A DNA stretch of 64,000 nt from Candidatus Eiseniibacteriota bacterium (GCA_963702435.1 CAVPCR010000004.1:320001-384000); one strand, 5' to 3'. Numbered from the stretch's first letter, positions 44,315 through 55,736 are shown. The notes: generated from the letters alone by a model not told the origin. Numbers and translations are program-made.

Positions 44315-46126
44315 CTACTCGAGGAGCACGATCGCCCGCGTCGACCTCGCCGCCCCCGCCTCGAGCCGCACGTAGTAGACGCCGGAGGCGACGCGCTGTC
44401 CTGCCTCGTCGCGCGCGTCCCACGTCACCGCCTGGGTGCCGGCGCTCACCGGGCGATCCAGGAGCGTGCGCACGAAGCGTCCGGCTGCGTCATAGATCGC
44501 GACCCGCACCTCGGTCCCGCTCGCGGGCGACTCGAAGCGGATAGTCGTCACCGGGTTGAACGGGTTCGGCGCGGCTGGATAGAGCTCGAACGCCGGGCCG
44601 GCCGGCGGGGCCCCGCCGTCGTCCACCGCGGTCATATCCTCGCAGTCGTCGGGAATGCCGTTCCCGTTGAAGTCGGTGCTCGTGCCGTTCTGGATGTCGA
44701 GCGTGTCGGGGACCGCGTTCACGTTGCAGTCGTAGTCGCCGATCCGGGTGTAGTAGACATCCTGCTCGTTGTTGAACGTGGCCGCCCAGGCCAGTGACGC
44801 CCCGACCGCGTCCGAGACCATGTGGTAGTAGTCGCCGATCTTGTTCTGCTGGGGGTAGCCGATGAAGCTGTCCCAGTACTCGCTCACCCGCTCGTTGGCC
44901 GACCAGGTGACGCCGCCATCGGTCGAGGACGAGTAGTAGAGGGCACTGTAGTTCACGACCCCGGTGTCGCGCGTGTCGTTCCAGACGGCGTCGATGCGGC
45001 CGTTCGGGGCCACCGACATGGTGGCGAACCACTGCCAGAAGTTGGGCCCTGCCGGATCGTCGTTCACGCGGACCCAGGGGCTCCAGCTCACCCCGCCGTT
45101 CGTCGATCGCGTGAAGTGGACATCGAGGGGATCGGTGCCGGCGGGATTGACCGAGGCGAGCACGTAGACCCAGCCGTTCCGCGGACCGCTCGACGGATCG
45201 ACCGCGATCCAGATCTGGCCGAGGAGCCCCCCCGGATTGGGGCCGGTCGAGAAGCCGAGGCTCCCGCCGAGGTCCACGGTGACCGTCTGGAAGGTCGGGG
45301 TCTGGAGCGGATCGCGCGCATTCGCCGAGCGCGCGACGTACATCGGCGAGCCGAAATCGGATCCCACCTGGTAGAGCGTGCCGTCGGGAGCGACGTCGAG
45401 CGTGCCCCACACGGGAGTGTCCGGGATGGTCACCGGGGTCTGGAAGCTCTGACCGCCGTTGATCGAGCGCGTGAAGATGTTGTTCCCACAGCAGCTCCCG
45501 GACGTGCTCCACGCCTGGTAGATATGCCCCGAGCCCGTGCCGGCGGTGCGGTCGATCGTGAACCACTGCTTGTCGCCGCCGAAGGCGGGGACCGGCGGGG
45601 ACCAGTTCATCCCGCCGTTCGTCGACTTGAACATGCTGACGAGGAAGTTGCTGGTCAGGCTCGAGTAGTAGAAGACGCCGTTCCGGTCGGAGGCGAGAAC
45701 GGGGTCGCTCCGGAACACGCCCGGCGTGAGCGATCCGAAGAAGAACCAGGTGCGTCCCCCGTCGGTCGTGAATGCGTTCCCGGCCTGCCGGAAGTTGGAG
45801 GAGACGGTGTCGAACTGCCGCCAGCCGATCGCCATCTTGTTCGGCTCGAGCGGATCGACCGCGATCGACGGCTCGTTGGCGGCATCCCCCGGGATGTTGA
45901 CTCCGGTCACGCTCACGTTGACCTGGTGCGCCGTGTACTGGCGGAAGCGCACGGGTTCGGAGCGCGGTGCGCCGGGAGGGGGTACCGCCGGGATGCCGGG
46001 CGGGTCCTCCGGGACCTCGGGCGGCGGCAGCGGCCGCTCCCCGGCGGCGGCCAGGACCGGGAGGACGAGGGTGGCGAGGAGGAAGAGGAAGAGAGTCGGA
46101 CTGGCGGCTCGCATTCGTGCGCGCAT
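44315..46126 (-). CDS. Secreted BNR/Asp-box (sialidase-like) beta-propeller with C-terminal FlgD_ig/T9SS-like domain
   Basis: Five Asp boxes (TTDGGRTW, STNGGMNW, SINGGQSF, STNGGVSW, STDGGVTW); ANEPSIAV, DKQW, IGDY; PNPFNP tail. Confidence 0.85.
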   Translation of the reverse strand: MRARMRAASPTLFLFLLATLVLPVLAAAGERPLPPPEVPEDPPGIPAVPPPGAPRSEPVRFRQYTAHQVNVSVTGVNIPGDAANEPSIAVDPLEPNKMAIGWRQFDTVSSNFRQAGNAFTTDGGRTWFFFGSLTPGVFRSDPVLASDRNGVFYYSSLTSNFLVSMFKSTNGGMNWSPPVPAFGGDKQWFTIDRTAGTGSGHIYQAWSTSGSCCGNNIFTRSINGGQSFQTPVTIPDTPVWGTLDVAPDGTLYQVGSDFGSPMYVARSANARDPLQTPTFQTVTVDLGGSLGFSTGPNPGGLLGQIWIAVDPSSGPRNGWVYVLASVNPAGTDPLDVHFTRSTNGGVSWSPWVRVNDDPAGPNFWQWFATMSVAPNGRIDAVWNDTRDTGVVNYSALYYSSSTDGGVTWSANERVSEYWDSFIGYPQQNKIGDYYHMVSDAVGASLAWAATFNNEQDVYYTRIGDYDCNVNAVPDTLDIQNGTSTDFNGNGIPDDCEDMTAVDDGGAPPAGPAFELYPAAPNPFNPVTTIRFESPASGTEVRVAIYDAAGRFVRTLLDRPVSAGTQAVTWDARDEAGQRVASGVYYVRLEAGAARSTRAIVLLE

Positions 46127-46264
46127 GGTGTCTCCGCGGCCGGTTCGGAGCAGGTAGTAGTCTCGGGGCACGGACTCCCGTATTCTATACGAAAGGTGCG
46201 CGTTGCGGCAGCCCGCGAGCAGCCGCCCGGGGCCGCCCGGGGCCGGGGGGAAGAGACGAAGCCA

Positions 46265-47485
46265 ATGAAGCGAATCCTGTTCGTGGATGATGAGCAATAC
46301 GTCCTCGACGACCTGCGGGCCGTCCTGTACCCCCTCCGCGCGCAGTGGGAGCTCGCGTTCGTCGACAGCGGGGAGAAGGCGCTGTCGGAGCTCGCGACCT
46401 CGCCCTATGACGTGATCGTGGCCGACATGCGGATGCCGGGGATGGATGGCCCGACCTTGCTCGGACAGGTGCAGGACCGGCACTCGGGTGTCATTCGCAT
46501 CGCGTTCTCCGAACAGGCCGAGATGGAGGCGACGCTCTGCGCGGCGACCGTGGCCCACCAGTTCCTGGCCAAGCCGTGCGATGCGAAGATGCTCGAGAAT
46601 GTGGTCGAGCGCGCCAGTCAGCTGCGGATGCTCATCAGCGATGACTCGGTGCGGCAGATAGTCGGCAAGGTGCAAAGGCTCCCGACGCCGCCCCGGCTGT
46701 ACTTCGAGCTGATGGCGATACTCGAGAAGGAGCAAGCCGGCGTGGCCGAGGTGGCCGGCGTGATCGAGTGCGACCCGCCCATGGTGGCCAAGGTGTTGCA
46801 GCTCGTGAACTCGGCCTTCTTTGGCCTGCGCCGCGAGGTCTCCAGTATCGACCAGGCGATCATGTATCTGGGCACCAACCTGATCAAGGATCTGGCTGTC
46901 GTCGCCCATGTCTTCAGCCCGGGAGGTCGCAAGGACGCCGCAGAAGCACTGGAGACCATGCAAAGGCACTCCTTGATCGTGGGCAACATCGCGCGGCGAA
47001 TGGTGGACCCGAAGATGTCCGACGATGTCTTCATCGCCGGCATCCTGCACGACATCGGGAAGGTGATCCTGCTCACCGAACGGCCGCAGGACCTCGCCCG
47101 GATCATCGCCCGCGCCCGGGAAGAGGATCGCCCCGCGGTCGATATCGAGAAGGACGAGCTGGGAGTGACCCATGCCGAGATCGGGGCCTACCTCCTGGGC
47201 ATCTGGGGACTGCCATACCCGGTGATCGAGGCCACCGCCAACCACCATACCCCGTCCCGCGCCTCCCTGCCGGCGGGCCCCAGCGTGCTCGCTGCCGTCT
47301 ACACGGCGAATGTGCTTGTTCACGAGCAGGAGCGGGCGGCCGGTAGCAGTGATCTTCCGTTTGCCCCTCTCGATGAACGGTACTTGCAGCGGATGGGTCT
47401 TCACGACCGGTTGCTGGAGTGGCGCGAGATCACCGAGCTCGTGATGCAGGCATTCGTCACCGGAAGCGAGCCGGACTTCGCGTGA
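46265..47485 (+). CDS. Response regulator with REC + HDOD domains
   Basis: ILFVDDE, DMRMPGMDG, KP; LPTPP, DPPMVAKVLQLVNSAFFG, GILHDIGK, HAEIGAYLL..WGLP. Confidence 0.92.
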   Translation: MKRILFVDDEQYVLDDLRAVLYPLRAQWELAFVDSGEKALSELATSPYDVIVADMRMPGMDGPTLLGQVQDRHSGVIRIAFSEQAEMEATLCAATVAHQFLAKPCDAKMLENVVERASQLRMLISDDSVRQIVGKVQRLPTPPRLYFELMAILEKEQAGVAEVAGVIECDPPMVAKVLQLVNSAFFGLRREVSSIDQAIMYLGTNLIKDLAVVAHVFSPGGRKDAAEALETMQRHSLIVGNIARRMVDPKMSDDVFIAGILHDIGKVILLTERPQDLARIIARAREEDRPAVDIEKDELGVTHAEIGAYLLGIWGLPYPVIEATANHHTPSRASLPAGPSVLAAVYTANVLVHEQERAAGSSDLPFAPLDERYLQRMGLHDRLLEWREITELVMQAFVTGSEPDFA

Positions 47486-47522
47486 CCGCGGCGCGCGACC
47501 GGCGTGCGCGACCGGCGTGCCG

Positions 47523-48317
47523 CTACGCCGTGAACAGCGCTTCCTCGTAGCTCCCGATCGGCGCAAACCCCAGCCGCTCGTAGCAGGCGATGGCGGCGGC
47601 GTTCCCGGCCGCGACGTTCAGTCCGATGTGATCCGTGGTTGCGAGGAGCGAGCTGATCAGACGGGCCGAGGCGACTCGCGCCAGGCCGCGCCCGCGGCGG
47701 CCGGGGCGCGTCGTCACGTTGCCAAGCGCGGCCACGCGGTGACGCGCCGAGTAGACGTGCACGCCCGCCACGCTCACGAGATCGGATCCTTCCCGGATGC
47801 CGAAGTACTGCCCCGTCTCGAGCATGCGCGCATCGAACCAGTTGCCTGGATAGCTCGCACGATACAGCGCCTCGAGCGCAGGGCGGTCGGCTGGCGTCAA
47901 CTGCACGGCGGCCGCGCTGTTCACGGCGAGTGCGCGTGCGGGGTCGCGAAGCGCCATCTTCCAGTGCGTCCCGTGCGGCTCGGCCCGGTAGGCGGGGACC
48001 AGCGCGCGCGAGAGGTCGCCGCTCAGATGGGAATAGAAGCGCGGCGGAAGCTCGGGGCGGATCGCCGCGAGGAGTTCGGCGAGGTCCGCGAGCGGCGGGG
48101 CGGAGAGGGCGAGGAGGACGGGCAGGTCGGTCGCGTGATAGAGGAGCGCCACCGCGGCGAGATCTCCGCGGTCGCCGTGCGCGCGGAGGCCGAACCAGGT
48201 CGTGTGCGGCCAGAAGAAGTCGTCGAGATCGCCGATCTCGTAGAGATGAAGGAAGATGTCGCGGCGGAGGAACGCTGCGATCTCTTCTCTGTCCCTCAGG
48301 CGCTCGGCGGAGGTCAC
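47523..48317 (-). CDS. GNAT family N-acetyltransferase (FR47-like)
   Basis: LGNVTTRPGRRGRGLA, N.AAIACYERLGF; GTG start is inferred. Confidence 0.85.
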   Translation of the reverse strand: MTSAERLRDREEIAAFLRRDIFLHLYEIGDLDDFFWPHTTWFGLRAHGDRGDLAAVALLYHATDLPVLLALSAPPLADLAELLAAIRPELPPRFYSHLSGDLSRALVPAYRAEPHGTHWKMALRDPARALAVNSAAAVQLTPADRPALEALYRASYPGNWFDARMLETGQYFGIREGSDLVSVAGVHVYSARHRVAALGNVTTRPGRRGRGLARVASARLISSLLATTDHIGLNVAAGNAAAIACYERLGFAPIGSYEEALFTA

Positions 48318-48534
48318 CGATCGTAACGCGCCTTGACGCGCCCCCGGGTTGCGCTCGAGACCGGAACAGCCGGCGAAGGGCAAATCTGGAAATAGCCTCC
48401 CACCGGGGGCACGGATTCGAAGATCCACTCGGACGCGCCCGGATGCCAATCGAGCGTCGTGATCCCGTGGTTCCCGTTGTAGCGGCCATCATGTCGCAGG
48501 CGCCGGCAACGCAAGGGTCGGTGTTCGTTGCCCG

Positions 48535-49317
48535 CTACGAGTCTGGCCCGTAGTCGCGCCCGTGCGGATCGCGCCAGCCAGGCGCAGTCGCCGGCGCTTC
48601 GAGCGGCGAGGAGCCCGCGCGCCCCCCGCCCGCGCCCGATCCCGTCACGGCGCGCCCATAAGGAGGCGGCGGCCCTTCCTCGCCCTCGCCGCCGGCGTGG
48701 GAGATCCGGGGCATGCGCGGCGTCGGCGTCTCGTCGCGCGCCGCCGCGTTCCGCCGGCGCGCGGCGAGTTCCGGGAAGCGGATGCGCACCACCTCGTCCA
48801 CCAGGCGCACGCGCTCCTGCATCGCGAGGGTGGACACGGTGATGTAGGGGATGGCGTACATCTCGAGCAGCAGCTTGACCATGCCGTCGATGAGGACGAC
48901 GTCCTCCCAGCGCAGCGCCGCGCGCACGCCGTCCGACTGGACGAGGTCGGGATGCGGTCGCACGAAGAAGACGAGCCCGCCCGCCACCCAGCGCATGTAC
49001 TCGTCGAGGGCCGGATCGCGGAACAGGTCGGCCATCACCGTGCCGTGATTCGCAGTGTAGGCGAGGTTGCAGAAGGCGCGGTCGGAGACGAAGGCATCGC
49101 CGAGATCGCGTTCGGCCTCGATCTGCCGGCGGAACACCGCGAGCTGGTACTTGTTCACGAGATCCACGTTCGAGCGCAGGCGGTCGAGGCTCACCTCCAT
49201 CTCGGCCAGGATCGAGCGGGCGACCTCGCTGATCAGCTTGAGGCCGTAGCGATCGCGCACGTAGCGGGCGAGCGTGGTCTTGCCGGTGGCATGCGCGCCG
49301 ACGAAGTAGATGCGCAT
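48535..49317 (-). CDS. AAA_28 (NadR/Ttd14-like) P-loop kinase/ATPase
   Basis: RIYFVGAHATGKTTLA Walker A; EVAR; VSDR; DGVR. Confidence 0.75.
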   Translation of the reverse strand: MRIYFVGAHATGKTTLARYVRDRYGLKLISEVARSILAEMEVSLDRLRSNVDLVNKYQLAVFRRQIEAERDLGDAFVSDRAFCNLAYTANHGTVMADLFRDPALDEYMRWVAGGLVFFVRPHPDLVQSDGVRAALRWEDVVLIDGMVKLLLEMYAIPYITVSTLAMQERVRLVDEVVRIRFPELAARRRNAAARDETPTPRMPRISHAGGEGEEGPPPPYGRAVTGSGAGGGRAGSSPLEAPATAPGWRDPHGRDYGPDS

Positions 49318-49604
49318 GGCGCGGCGCGGATCGCCCGTGCGGGGCGATAGGTCGGGTCCGATCGGATGTGCTGCCATCGGCAAGTCTCCGGACACGAGGG
49401 CTTCACGGGCGGGGGAGTGGAGCGGGTGCCCGAGTCGAGCGGCGCATCGTAACACGACCCGGCTCGCCTCGGCGCGGGGCCCGGGCCGTCGCTCACCGCC
49501 GCCGATTTTTCGAAAAAGCCCGCCGGCGCCTTCCGTTCTTGGTACTGCGACGAGAGCGATGCCAGGAACCAGGACCTCCTTGGATGCCAGTCGCTGGTGG
49601 GTCA

Positions 49605-49749
49605 CCCGGGGCCGGCGTCGTCTCTCCGGGGAAGCGGGCAGGTGGGGTCAATTGGGGGAGCCCTGCCGCCCGCCGCTCGCGGCCTCGGGTTTGCGCCCGG
49701 CCAGCCATCCTCGAAGCGAGCGCCCAGGGGAGACGACGTCGGCCCCGGG
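49605..49749 (+). ncRNA. Candidate structured RNA of unknown family
   Basis: 27-bp closing stem (49605-49631 with 49723-49749) with two G-U pairs valid only on the + strand; encloses two internal hairpins. Confidence 0.4.
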
Positions 49750-49856
49750 CCTTTCCATCCGCCCGCCCGGTGCCCGCCCGTCTCGAGAAGCTAATCATTA
49801 GGTTAGTTTCGAGCCGCCTTCTGCCGCGCTACCTTCCTGCCGCCGCGCCGCCGGCC

Positions 49857-49886
49857 TTGACAGCCGTTCGCGGCCCTTCCTAGACT
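49857..49886 (+). promoter_or_regulatory. Sigma70 promoter of the ABC transporter operon
   Basis: TTGACA, 18-bp spacer, TAGACT. Confidence 0.65.
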
Positions 49887-50033
49887 CCCCGCCTCAATCG
49901 ACAGCGCGCTCGGAACGCGAAGGCCGAACCGGGCCGCGCCTGCGGCCCAGGCGACCAGCTCGCGATCTCCCGGCGACCCGGTCACCCCCTTCCGGGCCAG
50001 AGCAGCGCGCGCTTCCCAGCCAAGAAGAAACCC

Positions 50034-51022
<989 letters not shown>

Positions 51023-51026
<4 letters not shown>

Positions 51027-51736
51027 ACACGATCCTCGCCATCTTCAAGCGGGAGTTCAAGAGCTACTTCCGCTCGCCCATCGCCTACATCTTCATCTGC
51101 GCCTTCCAGGGCCTGTCGGCCTGGTTCTTCTACCAGACCTTCTTCGTGCTCGATCAGGCGTCGATGCGCAACTACTTCGACATCCTGCCCTGGATCTTCC
51201 TCCTCTTCGTGCCCCTCGTCACCATGCGGCTGTGGGCCGAGGAGCGGAAGATGGGGACCATGGAAGTGCTGATGACGCTGCCCGTGCGCGATCACGAGGC
51301 AGTCCTCGGCAAGTACCTGGCGAGCATCGCCTTCCTCGCCGTCGCCCTCGCCCTGACCATCCCCATCCCGCTCACGGTGGCCTGGCTCGGGGATCCCGAC
51401 ATCGGGGTGATGGCGGCCGGCTATATCGGGAGCCTGCTCATGGGTGCCGCCTACCTCGCCATCGGGATCTTCATCTCGAGCATGAGCTCGAACCAGATCG
51501 TGGCCGCCATCCTCGGCATGCTCCTTTGCTTCATCCTCTTCTTCATCGGCAACGATCTGGTGCTGTTCAGCGCGCCGAAGGCGCTGGTGCCGCTCCTCGA
51601 TTACCTCGGGCTCGGCAACCACTTCGACTCGATCGGGCGCGGAGTTCTCGACTCGCGCGACCTGATCTACTACCTGTCGGTGATCGTCTTCTTCCTCTTC
51701 CTGAACGTCCGTGTGATCGAGACGCGGAAGGCCTAG
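51023..51736 (+). CDS. ABC-2 permease (GldF-like)
   Basis: REFKSYFRSPIAY, TMRLWAEERKMGTMEVLMTLP, RGVLDSRDLIYY; about 6 TM helices. Confidence 0.9.
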
Positions 51737-51769
51737 CGGACCCCTCCGGAACGTTACGAGGTCGAACCC

Positions 51770-53437
51770 ATGAGCTCGCGCAATGTCAAGGCCGGACGGA
51801 ACGCGGTGATCGCGTCGCTCCTTTTCCTGGCCATCCTGGTCATCGTCAACTTCCTCGCCGCCAAGAGCTTCTTCCGCATCGACCTGACCGCGAACAAGGA
51901 GTTCACGATCTCGCCCGCGACCAGGGCCATCCTCGGACGCATGGACGACATCGTGAACCTGAAGGTCTACTTCTCGAAGGACTTGCCGTCCTACCTGGCG
52001 ACCCTCGAGGGCGAGGTGGCCGACCTCCTCGACGAGTTCCGGGCCTACGCCAAGGGCAACCTGGTCGTCGACTTCGAGGATCCGTCCGCCGACACCGCGG
52101 TCGAGGAGCGAGTGCGCCGGCTCGGTATCCCGCAGATCCAGCTCGACGTGATCCAGAGCGACAGCCGCTCGATCCAGAACGCCTACCTCGGCATGGCGGC
52201 CCTCTACGAGGACCGGAGCGAGACCATCCCGGTCGTCTACTCGACCGAGAACCTCGAGTACGAGCTGGCCTCGTCGATCGTGAAGGTGCTCGAGAAGGAG
52301 CAGAAGGTCGTCGGCTTCCTGACCGGGCACGGCGAGCCGGGGTTGCAGGAGCAGTACGACGGCGTCCGCCAGACGATCGAGAAGCAGTACCTGGTCCAGC
52401 CTGTCGATCTTGAGGGCGGGCGGGCGCCGGTGCCGGCGAACGTGAAGGTGCTCGTCATCGCCGGCTCCGTGGACATCACCGAGCGCGAGAAGTACCTGAT
52501 CGACCAGTACCTGATGGGTGGCGGGCGGCTCGTGGTGCTCGAGGACGCATTCCAGCTCGTCGGCGGCCAGCTCCAGGCCCGACCGATCCGCTCCGGGCTC
52601 GAGAACCTGCTCCCCGCCTACGGGGCGCGCGTCGAAGAGGAGATCGCGCTCGAGATCCCGCCGCGCTCGGCGACAGCCGGCTTCACCTCCGGGTTCATGC
52701 GTTTCATGGTGCGCTATCCCCTCTGGCCGATGATCGCCAAGGAGGGCTTGAGCCAGGAGAACCCGGTGGTGAGCAAGCTCGAGAGCCTGATCCTGCCGTG
52801 GGTGAGCCCGATCTCCGAGTCCGACATGAAGCCCGCCGGGGTCACCTTCCAGAAGCTCGCCTGGACCTCGGATCAGGCCTGGACCATGAGCGGTTTCTAC
52901 GACCTGAACCCGCAGCAGGAATGGCAGCGTCCCCCCGAGAAGATCAAGAGCTACACGGTGGCGGCGGCTCTCACCGGCAAGTTCAGGAGCTACTTCGCCG
53001 ACAGGGAGGTGCCGGCGGCGCCCGCCGACACCATGCCCGGCGCCGCGCCGGTCCCGCCCGATGCGCCGAAGCTCACGGAGAGCCCGGATACGCAGATCCT
53101 CGTCGTCGGGACCTCGCACTTCATCACCGCCAACTTCCTGACCCAGTACCCGGGCAACGTCACCTTCTTCCAGAACGCGCTCGACTGGATGGCGCTCGGG
53201 AACGATCTCATCGCGATCCGTTCGCGGGCGGTGAGCGACCGGCCGCTCAAGCCGGAGATCCAGATGGACGAGGCGGCGCGCAAGCGCGACGCCATCAAGT
53301 ACGCGGGCATCTTCGGCATGCCGATCCTGCTCACCCTCTTCGGCGTGAGCCAGTGGATGGCGCGGCGGCGCGCGAAGCAGGCATTCGAGACCTCGCTGCG
53401 CGGGCCGCGACCGGACGACAGACCAGAAGGATCGTAG
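51770..53437 (+). CDS. GldG-family ABC transporter auxiliary protein
   Basis: RIDLTANKEFTIS, LEYEL, FLTGHGE, DQYLMGGG, N..FFQNALDW..LIAIR; TM helices at both ends. Confidence 0.9.
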   Translation: MSSRNVKAGRNAVIASLLFLAILVIVNFLAAKSFFRIDLTANKEFTISPATRAILGRMDDIVNLKVYFSKDLPSYLATLEGEVADLLDEFRAYAKGNLVVDFEDPSADTAVEERVRRLGIPQIQLDVIQSDSRSIQNAYLGMAALYEDRSETIPVVYSTENLEYELASSIVKVLEKEQKVVGFLTGHGEPGLQEQYDGVRQTIEKQYLVQPVDLEGGRAPVPANVKVLVIAGSVDITEREKYLIDQYLMGGGRLVVLEDAFQLVGGQLQARPIRSGLENLLPAYGARVEEEIALEIPPRSATAGFTSGFMRFMVRYPLWPMIAKEGLSQENPVVSKLESLILPWVSPISESDMKPAGVTFQKLAWTSDQAWTMSGFYDLNPQQEWQRPPEKIKSYTVAAALTGKFRSYFADREVPAAPADTMPGAAPVPPDAPKLTESPDTQILVVGTSHFITANFLTQYPGNVTFFQNALDWMALGNDLIAIRSRAVSDRPLKPEIQMDEAARKRDAIKYAGIFGMPILLTLFGVSQWMARRRAKQAFETSLRGPRPDDRPEGS

Positions 53438-53451
53438 GGGAGGCGATCGCC

Positions 53452-54441
53452 ATGGAAGCCAAACACATGCGCAACATGGCCCTCGTGCTCGTTGCCCTGG
53501 TCCTCGTCGCCCTCGTTCTCGAGCGGCCGTGGTCGCGCCGGGGCCCGGGCAACGACGAGCGGCTCTATCCCGACTACAAGGCGGAGAAGATCGATCGCAT
53601 CCGCATCGTGAACCGCGCCGATACGGTCGATCTGGTCCGCCGCGACGACGTGTGGCTCGTCGACGGACCGCGTCCTCTCCCCGCCGACACGGCGATGATC
53701 AACCGGGCGCTCGAGTCGGTCGTCAAGTTCGAGACGACGCAGCTCGTCTCGAAGAACACGAGCAAGTTCGAGGTCTTCCAGGTCGATTCGACGAGCGCCG
53801 CCCATGTCGAGCTCTATGCCGGCGGCGACCGGCCGGTCGTGGGCGTGCTTATCGGCAAGATGACGCCGGACGGCGGCACCTACTTCCGGCCGGCCGGGGA
53901 GGACAAGGTCTACTCGGCTCCCGATCGCGTGCGCGTGTACTTCGCGCGCGGCTCGCGGCAATGGCCCGATCGCAAGATCTTTGCGGCCGATCCGACGACC
54001 ATCACCAAGCTCACGATCGTGCGTGGCGACTCGACCATCGTGTTCGAGAAGGGAACGGACGGGACCTGGGCGCTCAAGCAGCCGCTCGCCTTCCCGGTCA
54101 AGACCGAGGAGCTGGACCAGCTCGTGCGGACTGCGGCCACCCTCACCGCGACGAGCTTCCCGGATTCCGAGGTGACGGTCGCCGCCGCGGGCCTCGACCG
54201 GCCGGCGCTGCGCGTCAAGGCGGAGCGCCTCGACGGCGTCGCGAGCGAGCTCCTGGTCGGAGCCTCGTCCGCGAACAACCTCTACTACGCGAAGGCGGCC
54301 GACCGCGACTGGATCTACATGCTCGGCGCCTACCAGCGCGACCTCTTCTACAAGGACCTCCTGAGTCTCAAGGCGGAGACGCCGCCGCCGGCCGCTCCAT
54401 CCGATACCACGAGCGCCGGACGGCCCGGTGATTCCGGCTAG
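53452..54441 (+). CDS. DUF4340 domain protein
   Basis: N-terminal anchor; two repeated modules; typical position after GldG. Confidence 0.75.
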   Translation: MEAKHMRNMALVLVALVLVALVLERPWSRRGPGNDERLYPDYKAEKIDRIRIVNRADTVDLVRRDDVWLVDGPRPLPADTAMINRALESVVKFETTQLVSKNTSKFEVFQVDSTSAAHVELYAGGDRPVVGVLIGKMTPDGGTYFRPAGEDKVYSAPDRVRVYFARGSRQWPDRKIFAADPTTITKLTIVRGDSTIVFEKGTDGTWALKQPLAFPVKTEELDQLVRTAATLTATSFPDSEVTVAAAGLDRPALRVKAERLDGVASELLVGASSANNLYYAKAADRDWIYMLGAYQRDLFYKDLLSLKAETPPPAAPSDTTSAGRPGDSG

Positions 54442-55711
54442 CGCGATCGAGCGCCAGCGCTCTCGCCGCCGCGGATCACGCGGCCCGGTGCTCGCCGTCC
54501 TCGCGGCGGTGGCGCTCGCGGGAGTCGCGCTCGGGTTCGCCGCCGCACCGTGCGCGGCGGCCGAGCCGCCGCGGCATGCCGAGCCGCCGCGGCGCGCGGT
54601 CGCCGACTCGACGCTCGCGCGGCTCGACGCAGAGGCCGGCGCTGCCCTTGCCGCGCGCGATCTCGCGGCGATCTTCCGGGTCGGCGATGAGGCGCGGCTT
54701 CTCCCGCCCGGACACGGCACCCCGCGGACCGAGCTCGCCGCCGGGATCGCCGACGTGCGCGCGCACGATCTCGCTGGCGCCGTCGCCCGCTTCCGGGCGG
54801 TGAGCCCGGCGGGGCTCGTCCTCGTCATCCTCGGGCTCGCCGGCCTCGCCGTGCTCCTCGGTGTCACGCTCTACGGCCCGGTCGCGGCCTGCGTGTGGGT
54901 GGCGGGCGAGCGCTGGCGGCAGACCGCGCTCACGCCGTTCGCCGCGGCAGACACTGCCCTCTTACCCATCAGGAACCGCGTCTCGTGGCGCGCGCCGCTC
55001 GGTCTCCGGGCGGGACTCCTCCTCACGGTGGCCGATGATGCGATCGGCCTCCTCGCCGCCTTCGCCCTCGCCTGGCTTGTCTACGGCTCGCCGGGCGCCG
55101 TGCTCGCGATCGAGACGGCGACCCGCGCCGGCGCCATCTCGACCCTCGCCGGCACCGCGGCCGGGAACCTCGGCGCGCTGCTCGTGACCGCGCTGCTCCT
55201 TCGTGCGCGCGGCGCGGGTGTCCGCGCCGCGGGGTTCGTGCCGGTCCCCGTCGCGCGCACCCTCATGATCGCAGCCGGTCTTGCGCTGCCGCTGCTCTTC
55301 CTCTCCGCGGCGCACGATCTCCTGTTCGTGAAGGTCATGGGGCGTGAGCCGCACTCGAACGCGGAGCCGATCCTCGAGTTGCTGCTCGGCCCGACGGGAG
55401 GCTGGCTCGGGCTCGCCGCGACCATCCTGACCGTCGCCGTCAGCGCGCCCATCGTCGAGGAGGTGGTCTACCGCGGGGTCGTTTACCGCGCCTTCCGCGA
55501 TCGTGCCGGCGTGCCGCTCGCCATCCTCGCCTCGGGGTTCGTGTTCGCGATCGCCCACCTCGAGGTGGACCACATCCTGCCCCTGTGGTGGATCGGCATG
55601 GCGCTTGCAATGGTCGTCGAGCGCACCGGATCGATCATCCCGGCCATCGCGCTGCACGCGCTCTACAACTCGCTCTCGCTCGGGGTCTACTTGAGCGGGC
55701 GAGGCGGGTGA
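54428..55711 (+). CDS. CPBP (CAAX/Abi) family intramembrane metalloprotease
   Basis: APIVEEVVYRG, FAIAH, HALYN; multiple TM helices. Confidence 0.88.
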   Translation: MIPASAIERQRSRRRGSRGPVLAVLAAVALAGVALGFAAAPCAAAEPPRHAEPPRRAVADSTLARLDAEAGAALAARDLAAIFRVGDEARLLPPGHGTPRTELAAGIADVRAHDLAGAVARFRAVSPAGLVLVILGLAGLAVLLGVTLYGPVAACVWVAGERWRQTALTPFAAADTALLPIRNRVSWRAPLGLRAGLLLTVADDAIGLLAAFALAWLVYGSPGAVLAIETATRAGAISTLAGTAAGNLGALLVTALLLRARGAGVRAAGFVPVPVARTLMIAAGLALPLLFLSAAHDLLFVKVMGREPHSNAEPILELLLGPTGGWLGLAATILTVAVSAPIVEEVVYRGVVYRAFRDRAGVPLAILASGFVFAIAHLEVDHILPLWWIGMALAMVVERTGSIIPAIALHALYNSLSLGVYLSGRGG

Positions 55712-55736
55712 GGTCGGTTGCGCCCGTGCCTGCGGC

